A stretch of 64,000 nt of DNA from Bigelowiella natans CCMP2755 (lineage: Eukaryota > Protista > Cercozoa): contig ADNK01002379.1 in the NCBI GenBank assembly GCA_000320545.1, positions 62,001 to 126,000 on the forward strand. Direction: 5' to 3'. The position numbers and the translations under genes were made by a program. Of the stretch, positions 54,091 to 64,000 are shown one piece after another; the stretch's first letter is position 1, and each line of letters opens with the position of its first letter. Under the pieces are notes generated by a model. That model did no database searches. It worked only from the letters and a program-made list of their open reading frames with translations, and was not told the DNA's origin.

Positions 54091-54706
54091 TGCACTGCCA
54101 CGTGTGCGTGCACGCTCAGTAGGCGTGGCCATCTTTGTGCAAGCCTCCAGGTTCATGACAGGTTCATGACAAGTGCAAAACGTCACGCCGAATCTGTGCG
54201 TCAACTCATGCATCCAATTGTGCCGCTTGAACAAATACGCACCTAGAGTGCATTTGCCACAAACTAGCTTCGGTCTACATGCTTCTGTGGAACAAAGGTA
54301 AATTATGTCACAATTCATTTTCATTTGATTTCGAGTCCACAATCTGCTCAAGCGAGTAGAATTATGTTCCTTCCTGTCGCTTCGCATTTCAGCTGTTTCT
54401 GTTTTTTTGTGCTACTTGAGAAGTTCCCTTCTTTGGTGGTCTTTCTTCACCAACCCATTGCCTCTAAGCTCCATGCCTTTCATCATCTTGCCTAGTACAT
54501 TGATCTCGGTTTTGAATAGCCTTTCGCAGGATTCCGTGGGTGAATTAAAATGCTGTGCTCTTGTAAAGCACTGCACTGCGGCAAATCGCTGCATTGTCTT
54601 CACGCGCTGTGTTGTCGTGCTCTTTCGGTAAGAAAGCTGCCGCGATTGTCCACCCGGATTCGGCGATGGCTCTCCATTGGTGTCAATGACTTTCTGTTTG
54701 AGTACA

Positions 54707-54744
<38 letters not shown>

Positions 54745-54775
54745 TAATGTTTCATATATATAATATATGATATTT

Positions 54776-54844
<69 letters not shown>

Positions 54845-54903
54845 ACATCGTCGTCAAATAGCATAACAAACATCGTTAGTTCTGCCGGTCAGTTCCCAAC
54901 AAG

Positions 54904-55651
54904 TTAATGAAAGTCTTTCGTCCCCTCCCCCCCCTCCCCCAAAAAGCTCACCACAAACACAAACGAACACAACCAGACCGCAACAGGTGACAGGAGCTGA
55001 GGTTTCCGCCCACGAAAGATTGAAACATTAGTTAAGATTTTATCATAAAAAATCATTAGTTTTTGAAACCTTTTCTCGAAGTTGATCTTCCAGGGCAACA
55101 CAGTTTCTTGGGGAAGATGAGATCTTACGACCGAGCAGGGGCGTGGACAGAGGCCCTTTCGGCGGCGAAGCATTGCTTGCTGTCTTATCCTCTAGTTGAT
55201 CTACTGGGGCGTCACAGTTTCTTAAGGAGGATGGCAGCTTGCGACTGAGTAAGGGCGTGGACAGAGGCGCTTTCTGCGGCGGGGCATTGCTTGCTGTCGC
55301 ATCGTCTCCGACGACGACAATTCTGCACCTTGCAACTTTTTTATGCAAGGACCGACAGTTTTGTGTTAGACCTTCATCCAATCTAAAGTGAAGCAATAAG
55401 GCTGCAAGTGAGAATATCGAATCTCTTCGTCACGGCACTCATACATCCCTATTCTCATGTTCTCATCAGTTGTGTTGAACTGTCGTTGCTGCTGATCCTC
55501 TTGCTAATTCTTCACTTCTTTATTAAAACAAATCACATTCGCATCGGTCCGATAAAAAGGGATGTATGTATTCCTTCGGGCTTACGCTATTCTATTACCT
55601 AGAAGTTGAAACCAGCGGCTCTTTCTTGAACATAACACGCTGGTGACAAAA

Positions 55652-55693
<42 letters not shown>

Positions 55694-58335
55694 ACATATC
55701 AAGCACATATCAAGGGTTTGAAGTACGTTTAACATAATAATATATTTTCATTAATACACACACACGCACACACACACACACACATATATATATTGATGTG
55801 TTTGTGTGCATACATTTCACACTCACTTGCTTCCTGCAGTTTTCTTCCATTGATAGATGCCGAAGTCTATGGAAAGGTGGGGTGAAGAAACGGCTCGTGC
55901 GGTTACTGCATATACTCTCTAGGTACTCGAAGTACTGCACGAGTTTATTGGAATCTGGCCGAGTTGTTGGGTTAGGATCCAGCATCCTCCTCATGATCTT
56001 TGTAATTGGCTCTTCGACCCAGAAGGGAATGACCCATGTGCCACAACTATCATTCGAAAACAAACACAAGGGATTTCAATCTTCTACATCGGCGCTCTCT
56101 CGTTTAAGAAACAATTATTACCAGATTGCCTTCATCGTATCTACACTGTTGTCGAAGCAAAACGGGAGGAATCTAGCAACGACACGACATGTAGTAAAGT
56201 GAGAATAAATCTGCGAAGAATCGTGTATAGAATGTCCGAAAGCTTCCATTCTATACTGATAGTACCCGCAACTGAGAGTAAACGCGACGACTCCCATAGA
56301 CCATACGTCTACTTTGCGGTTGTATGGCTTTGATTTGCTCACCCCGACTATCTCGGGCGCTAAATAGTACAGCGATCCACATAATCGAATCCTAAATATA
56401 TTCAATAGATTATAAGATGAGTGGGATGCTCGGTAACGATTGTTTGGTTTCTTCATTCCTATGGTGCTGCTGCTACCCCCTTGTTGTGGGGGTCGTGCGT
56501 AGTTAAGAAAATCTACTGAAACAGAGCAGAGTGTTTATTTTAGGATGTCCATGATTCTTCAGCCCAATATTTTCATTTATGTCTAGATTCTCATTTTACG
56601 AGGATCGAGACGTGGTCGCGCAGCCAAAGTCGATGAGCACGATTTTGTATTCTTTATCATTGGATTTGCACTAAACAAAGGAACAACAGCAACGATGTTG
56701 CACTGTATGAAAACAAAAGTAAAACGATGTTGTATCGTGTGTAAATGCGAACATAAAACTAAAAAGTACTTTTGCCAGCAATGACAGTGACATCAAACAA
56801 TTGCTCTAGTTTTCAATTACGATCAGGATGTTCTCCAGTTTGATATCCCTGTGCATAATGCCTCTTGAATGCCTGAATTAAGTTTATATCCATAGCCGGG
56901 TAACGATAGATGAAGCAGACTGATACTCATTTCAGACTCCAAATTAAAGTAGTCCTTGGTAATAGGGATTAAGGTTATTATTACATGTATGCGACAGCGT
57001 TTGCTAATTGAAGCATAATGGTGGCCACAGTCTTCACATGAAGGCATTTTGCAGACAACAGAAATCTGAGGAAGTATATGTGTGCGTGCGTGCGTGTGTA
57101 TGTGCGGCGTGTATATTAAAATCAAACGTTCTTTCGCACAGACATCTTCAAACTATGATGCTTGCTGGATATTGGGAATATAGGGTACGGTTGCCTCTCG
57201 ATACTATCAAACGACGATAAGTTATATTCAGATCAATAAATACTCGAAAAGATCGCCTCCTGGAATGTAATTCATCGTGATTCCTGAATGAAAAGGGGCC
57301 CCGTATTATCATAAAGCGCATAGTTTCAGTCATTTTTTTGAAAAAAGGACGATTGGTGCAGAAAGTCGGCTGTCCAGTGCGTACATGCAGTACACAATCA
57401 GTAGAATTGACGATAGTATTATGGCATTACCGCATCTGGTATCTCCTTCCGATGGAGAGAACTTATCGCCCAATCGAACGATATTCTTGTGATTTAGCTT
57501 CCTAAAAAAGAGTGAGAAACTCGCCATCGTTATGTTTTTCCTTGGGCAGTACATTCGGAACTCTGTAGGCAATGTACTTCTCATAGGGAAAAAAAACTCA
57601 ACAACAAGGAATCAAACAGGAGGGAACAACCTTAGAATTTGGTATTCTGTCCATGCCAACTTCCTATGCTTCCGAGACATAAGCTTTACGACAATCTGGG
57701 TGTGGATAGAGATAATATACTTATATTGCGTCTTTATTCGCTGGCACATCCTCGCTCATGGCTCTCAAGCACAGCTCAAAGCGGTTCAGCAGAATATGTC
57801 TTACGAATCATTTGCTGGATCTTGGTGATCGATGAAAAGAACTTCTTAATTCTTTTTTCCAAGAACATATAGCAGGACAACTGTGAGAAATGTCTAGAAA
57901 CAAGCCTTCTTATAGCTATCGCGTTTGCATTGAAACAAAATGGCAAGGCATGTGTATGCTACACCTTGGATTTGGGATTGCCATTAGCGGTTGCAAGGAA
58001 GACCTGGTGGGATCATGAAAGTTAAACTAAATAGGAAGTCTGAATACCATACATCTCTAGTCCCTGCTGGCAAATGGACAGCAATATGTGTCATTGAAGG
58101 AGGGCACAGAACAACAAAATCTACAAATGGTTTCTCTTTCCGTGTCTATCACTTTTTCATTTTAGTCTCCAACACTTCCATGATATGTGTGAATAGAAAG
58201 CCTCCAAACCTTGGATGTAGAACCCTCTCCGAGTTTCATCTCGATCGTATATTCTTGCTCGCCGCACTTGAATTCGGGCATGGCTGGACGGCCGAGCATT
58301 CCATGCCGGGCAGTGATTGGTTCTTTCGCATCCAT
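54904..58335 (-). CDS. Ser/Thr protein kinase (CAMK-like), multi-exon
   Basis: LGEGSTSK|VFLA; IVVK; EYQILR|KLNHKNIVRL; IMHRDIKLENIL; IVLIDFG; CGSLYYLAPE; KVDVWSMGVV; MLDPNPTTRP. C-terminal end uncertain. Confidence 0.9.
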
Positions 58336-58976
58336 CTTATCCTATCATCCATCGTGGTAGTGGATGGTTCCTTCGCATCCATCTCATCCTTTCATCTTCC
58401 ATGGTGTGCGCGCGTGTTCTTGAGGGCTTGACCACGTGGACACGTGGATGCCGAGTCCGAGGGCACGGGTTGTGTCTCTCATCTTGATGAAACCCTAGGA
58501 AACCCTAGGAATCCCTTCCTTTTTGTCAACTGCGACAATGATCATGGGGTCCAACGGGTTTTTTTCGGTTTTTGCAGAAATTCTTCAAAAAAGAAACAAA
58601 TTTGGCCGGTGACATCCATTTCATGTCGCTCGCCAAAAGATTTGAAGTTCTGAAGTTGTTCAAAGTGTCAACCACCTCATCCATCATTGCACTCACTTGA
58701 ATGCAGAGAGATGCAAGCTTCTCTCGCACATGAGATCAGCTCTGGGTTCAGCTTCTTCCCTCCACTCTTCATTCTTTGACGCTCCAGACTCCTCCAAAAC
58801 CAAAATTCTGCTGGGGGCCCCCTCAGATGATCCAATCGTAGATCGTCGTGTGGACATGGCCTTCAGGAAGTTTTTGCTCAGAGTGGAGGTCTTGCGCCGT
58901 CAGAATTTTGCTGCTAGTGTCATTGCTTCTCAATGACCAAGTCATGCCATTTTGGCAAACCAGCTAGTTGATTTGC

Positions 58977-59080
58977 TAGTCACAGTCCTCACTAAAACCA
59001 GTTCGAGGCACTGCACTTTGCACACTGCAAGTGTCTTGCAACACTTTGGAAGTGCAGTTCTTCATCATTGTTTCATTGTT
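58977..59080. repeat. Dispersed repeat, copy A (homologous to 63540-63650; partial copies at ~63685-63740 and ~63770-63826)
   Basis: Shared TAGTCACAGTCCTCACT..CCAGTTCGAGGCACTGC..TGTCTTGCAACA.TTTGGAA.TGCAGTTC.TCATCATTG. Confidence 0.85.
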
Positions 59081-59405
59081 TCTGAACGAAGACTGGAGCG
59101 AGGAGACTGCAACATCTCGCTTTGGGGAAAGCCACATGAAACAGCACCTTTGAGAATCAAGTTCGAGGCAGCTGTTCTTGCTGATTGACTCCACTCCAAC
59201 GGACTGATTGACGGCTGCACGTTTTGCAGGCCCAGTTGCAGCAATTGCAACGTGTTTCTGCGATTTGGTTGCAATCAGAGCCATTGCGCATGATCACCAA
59301 CAGGGTGCTGACAAGTCCTTGCAACGAGTGTTGTTGAGGCTCTGCTGCATGCAAACGCCTGTCTCCCATGTGGTTCTGGCGCATGCAGATTTGATCAACG
59401 CTTTG

Positions 59406-59440
59406 TTCATTGTTCATTGTTCATTGTTCATTGTTCATTG
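59406..59440. repeat. (TTCATTG)5 heptamer array
   Basis: Five exact copies; the same unit recurs at 63632-63651 and 63803-63823. Confidence 0.95.
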
Positions 59441-60843
59441 TTCGCAACCCGTTCTGAACCTCCGCAGAATTCGTCAGATTTTCGGACGAAAAACCATGTC
59501 ACCCAAAGTGCCATCGGGGCTTCCGCATTCCTGAGAGTCCCTGGCAGAATGCCCGGTGTTCTGCAGGCAGAAGTTGGGTGTTTTCCCACACCAGAAAGGC
59601 AAAAATCGGGATTCTGCCCTTGCCTCCCCTGGGGTCAGCATCAAACTGTCCGACGCCAATCAGATGGGATCAGTCAAACTGTCCGGAGTCGGGATTCATC
59701 GATCTGGCGCGAACACAGTTGCTCCGCCCGTTGGCGCAACCGTCCTCCATGCAGTCTGGCACCCCGCAACCCACCTGCCATCGGAAACCTTGCGCCGAAC
59801 GGCACGGTGAAGCTGCACGGTTTGAAACATCACGTCCACCACCGGGCTAGCGGGTCGAGCAGTTTCATCCACTTTCGTGCACCAGCTGGCGTCACGTGAA
59901 CATCGCGATGTCCAGGCCTGCTTTCCCCTCCGCATCGCAACCTGTCGGCTCGTCTGCCCCTCTGTCCACTTCTCATCCTGTGCGGTGTGCCGGCTTAGCG
60001 TCGGCTGACGCTGTCGTCATTCCTTCCTCTGTGTCGGCTTCTGTGTCCCCATGATGCCCTGCGCGCACGCTGTCGTGACGCCGTCTCCGCATGTGGTTCC
60101 CGCCGGGGCTAGCTAGCTAGACAGCCCGAGAAAACGACAAACATCGCTGATGGAAAGTTTTTTCTCACAGCTGCTCCACCAGACAAGTTCTCTGATTTGC
60201 TCGAAGGAAAACCGAAAGGTGCAGCAGTCACCTCATTGCATCCGGTTGCATTGCGCAATGATGCAACCGCCCAATTCACACGCAAGTGTGAAGGACAGTG
60301 TTGGAAACTTTTGGCACAGCCAAAACCCGCTTGCTAGCTTGGTGCAACAAGGAAAACGTTGAGTTGCAAAAGGGAACTTTTGCAGCACAAGTTGGCGAAG
60401 TGATGTCAGAGAAAAGTGCTGGATTTTCAATCTGAAAATGGCGTGATGTGATATGATGTGACTGGGCCAGTCGTCACATCAAAGTGAAACGCGCGCGCAA
60501 AAGTCAAAAGACCCGCGTGCGAGCGGCAATGACACCTTGGGAGCTTGGTTTGGCACGCACATGCTCAAGCTCACAATGTGTTTTCATCGTCAGGGTTTCA
60601 TCATTGTTTTGCTCTCAAAAGCTTTGTCAACATTGACGTGCAATCACGAGCATCAGCAAGCAGCACGTCTGTGAGCCAATTGCACGTGTGAGAGTCCCAA
60701 GCACGCATTCAAGTTCAATGTGTCGCTATGTATCGCGTCTGGGTGCGTGCGGTGGCCATTCCAGCATGTGACATCGTTTTGCAATGATGAAATGAGCTTC
60801 CAGTTGCAATTCGAGCGATGCGCACCTCACCCTGGATGCATGA

Positions 60844-60893
60844 CCATCACAGTTTTCGTGCCATCACAGTTTTCGTGCCATCACAGTTTTCGT
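60844..60893. repeat. 17-bp tandem repeat (CCATCACAGTTTTCGTG) x ~3
   Basis: Direct tandem copies visible in the sequence. Confidence 0.9.
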
Positions 60894-61084
60894 TTGCGCG
60901 CAACTGGTTCTCGTTTTCACAATGTGCAATTCTTGGCAATGCCACACAGTATTGTCTGACGCCAATTGGATGATGGCAAGCTAGCTAGACAAACGACGTA
61001 GGTCATGGTAAGAGTTCTTTCAACAAGAGGCACACCATGCAGCTACATTGTGTGTTTGCACTGAGTGCCACTGTGGCATGTCTG

Positions 61085-62464
61085 TCAACCGAGCAAGAAG
61101 TTGTGTGCAATTGTATCTACGACATCCATGTGATATCCACCTTCCTGCACAACCAACAATGGGACATCGCTAGAATTGCTGCATGCATTTACTTCGCTTT
61201 CTCCATTACAATTTGCCCTTGATGCATCACCACTCCTATCTCCACATGGTAGGAAGAAACTACGAATAAGATTCCCCATTTCTTTAAAGTCATCAACCTC
61301 AAGTGCCATTCCTGCTGAGTCGATGGAGTCAGGATCCCCTTTTACTGTATCAGCTCCGAAACTCACAATTACCACATCCGGTTCAAACCTCCGCATTTGC
61401 TGCAATGCCCCAAGAAGTGCTTCTCTATATGATATATCATTGGTATCCCCACCCCCTCCCCCTTCAGCTATTCGCCCGCTGTTTACCCCCCCCTCTTTTT
61501 CAACGCTGCCAGCGTTCTGTTTCGAGCTGCCATTGGGCTTATCAGTTCGAGGAGATGACGCGGAAGTAGATAACCATTTCACTTTCTTCGGCAATGGGAT
61601 GTTAAGATTGCCGCAGGCTTTTGCTGCTAATGCTCGGTGTTTGGTAACCTGGCGTTTTTTCCAATCTTTCTCTACTCCTCGTGGAGTGCTATCCCCAACT
61701 TTCCCATCACTCTCTGCCATCACCAGAAACCCCTTTCCTGCACCACGTTCGTCTTTGAACCCAGAGAAATGCGGATAGTCGAAGCGCGGGTCCATGTGCA
61801 ACGATACCGTAAAAACGCTGTCGTCATCCCAGAACACGCTCTGTGTGCCATCGCCGTGGTGGTAGTCGACGTCCAGTATGCCGATCTTCTTCATCCCGCG
61901 CGACTGGAGCTCTTTTGCAGCGATACAGGCGTTGTTGAGATAGCAGTAGCCGCCGAATTGCCTCTGATGCATACATGATAAATCGGTAGCTAGAAGGTGA
62001 AAATAGCTCCAGTAGCAACAGCACTGTCTTTATCATCGCTGTCGCCGTAATCATCGTCACCATCATCATCATCATCAGTAGCAGCAGCAGCAGCAGCAGC
62101 AGCAGCATCGTTGTCATCATCACAGCTGATACCCTAATATGCACTGCTCTTACAACAATTGCAACTACCTGATGAGCATGATGGCCTGGATGTAAGGTTA
62201 GAGCGTATCTATTAAACATTATGAAAATAGAACGTATTAATGATGCAATGTTCTCGGTAGAGTCCCTGGTACATCGCTCTACTTGCATCAGAAAGCAACA
62301 TTTTGGTATTACGCATATGTAGCTTGCCGGTTAGCGATCGCATCCGCTGCTTTGAGGACACAAAGAACAGAATGCATAACTTCTGTGTACCTGGCGAGTA
62401 ATGATGGTGATGGATTTTTGATAACGATCGCATCTCAGTGTTCATTGGGTGAGTGAGTGAGTAA

Positions 62465-62505
<41 letters not shown>

Positions 62506-63153
62506 GGGCGAGGATGAAGAGAACAAATTCAACATAGGTTCGCGCACAACAAGCGATCTCATTTGTGTTAGAAGCAGCACTCTCATTTGCTGTTACGTGG
62601 TCTCGGCAAGCGGTGTAAAAGGGTCCGTCGCATAGAAGTTTACATTTAGCCACGTCACTGGAGACGGCTGGGGCGCAAAACAGCTCTTGTCTCTGTGATT
62701 GTTGTTGCGAATAGGCGGTCTGTGGTACGGAATGAGGTATCCGCTTGAATCACGATGGTCCAGATCACCGCTTTCCTTCCACGCAGTGTATGCTTGTTTC
62801 ATAAATGTTAGAAATCCTTCATCGTGTACTCTTGCGGCAGCGCTTTCAATTCTTCTGATCTCTTCCTCAGATGGTGCGGGGTCAACTTCAGAGATGTGGA
62901 TCTTGCGAATAGTGCGACTGTGAGAAGAGAGTGGTTTTTGAGGACCCCTCTCTTCATTCTTCTCGTCGCTTCTAGCTTGATATTCCATCTGACGCAGCCT
63001 CTTTGCTATTTTCCTCGCTCTTTCCTCCGGTTTGTTCGTGTAAGGACGTTCTGTGTGCTGTTTCACTTCCCCCCCTTCTCCAGATCCTTCCTCGTCGATG
63101 AAGGCTGGTATGAACGCCGTCAGCGATGGAGCTCTCGAGTCGCCTCGTCGCAT
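61085..63153 (-). CDS. Histone deacetylase family protein, acetylpolyamine amidohydrolase (APAH)-like
   Basis: PEERARKI; ARVHDEGFLTFMKQAY..W; FYATDPFTPL; YALTLHPGHHAHQ|RQFGGYCYLNNACIAA; ILDVDYHHGDGTQ; VSLHMDP..YPHFSGFKDERGAG; NLNIPLP; VSFGADT..GDP; VVQEGGY. Confidence 0.9.
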
Positions 63154-63539
63154 TGTACCTTTAACTTTAGAATTTGGAATAATTGATTCTGTCCTCCACT
63201 TCCGTCTCAGCAATAACTCAGGCCTCTGCCGCTCTCCAACTACACGTGCGCGTCTATGCAACTGCGACAATAAAGGAGGAGCAGGGGTGTGCGGGATGAA
63301 TAGTGTGGCTGATATCAATAAAATTCCTGTTGAGGTCAAAACAGCCGTCTTCATTGGGACAAGGCCGCCATGTGGAGGAGGTGAGGGGGGAGGAAAAGGG
63401 GCATTCCCTTCGGGTAGAAAGACCAAGCAATTGTTCTGACAAATGAGAATAAATACTTGCAAATTCATTGTCGCAACTAGGAAAACACAGGCGACTATTT
63501 CTAATTGAACTCTGCACAGTTTGATCGATGTACTGCTCG

Positions 63540-64000
63540 TAGTCACAGTCCTCACTGAACCCAGTTCGAGGCACTGCGTTTCGCACACACATTGCAAATG
63601 TCTTGCAACATTTTGGAAATGCAGTTCATCATCATTGTTCATTGTTCATTGCTCGTTCGTTCACTCTTTGCAAGTACAGAGGCATGCACTGCGTTTCGCA
63701 CTGTGCAAACCTCCTGCCAAACTTTGGAAATGCAGTTCTTTGTCACGTTTGTTTGTTTGTTTGTTTGTTTGCAACACATTGGAAACGCAGTCCATCATCA
63801 AGTTCATTGTTCATTGTTCATTGTTCACTCGCAGCTCGTGCTGGCATGCCAGCATGGCACGCACGTGCAGTGATTGCCAGATTGACAACAACGTCATCAC
63901 GCACACACGCACCACCCGTGTCAGCGACAGCGTGCTGGCGTGTTGTGTCATTGTCATTTGCACATTTGTCATGACAAGAGTCATGAAACAACACTCTGGC
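63540..64000. repeat. TA-depleted degenerate repeat region (copy B plus tandem partial copies)
   Basis: Homologous to 58977-59080. Only one TA (GTAC, ~63675) found in 63542-64000. Confidence 0.8.

Noticed and set aside
59450-60110. Possible tyrosine-recombinase (DIRS) or LINE coding remnant (GRW-like motif)
   Set aside because: No convincing RT, integrase or recombinase motifs; left unclassified.
63154-63642. N-terminal extension of the 349-aa ORF upstream of the deacetylase
   Set aside because: It runs through promoter and repeat DNA. Loss of TA removes TAA/TAG stops, which also explains the many spurious Cys/His-rich ORFs in deserts.

Overview
Eukaryotic nuclear DNA, gene-dense and intron-rich, with microsatellite-filled GT-AG introns. 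The gene style and bipartite leaders suggest a chlorarachniophyte-like (rhizarian) alga; this is inference. About 14 spliced genes can be read: an unidentified partial gene, a CS-domain/cyclophilin fusion, a hypothetical protein, a flavin-reductase-like protein, a longin R-SNARE, AP-3 mu, a multi-TM protein, vasohibin, an IGHMBP2-like helicase, a VIT/vWA/DUF2135-type protein, a mitochondrial phosphate carrier, a GT25 glycosyltransferase, a Ser/Thr kinase and an acetylpolyamine-amidohydrolase-like HDAC-family protein. The strongest signal is non-coding. Several intergenic domains of roughly balanced base composition are almost free of TpA (by hand count, 3 TA in 1168 bp at 52183-53350 and none in 853 bp at 58995-59847), and surviving TAs are mostly in CTAG. 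Fossil TA microsatellites rewritten as TG/CA, a diverged repeat pair and a CTAG-saturated island suggest a domain-restricted TpA->TpG/CpA (A-to-G) hypermutation process that spares TAG, the mirror image of fungal RIP. A second highlight is a bacterial-type VIT/DUF2135 protein carrying an F-box-like motif, a Gly/Phe-rich exon and 11 RNA Pol II CTD-like heptads. Exon structures and counts were read by eye and need computational confirmation.
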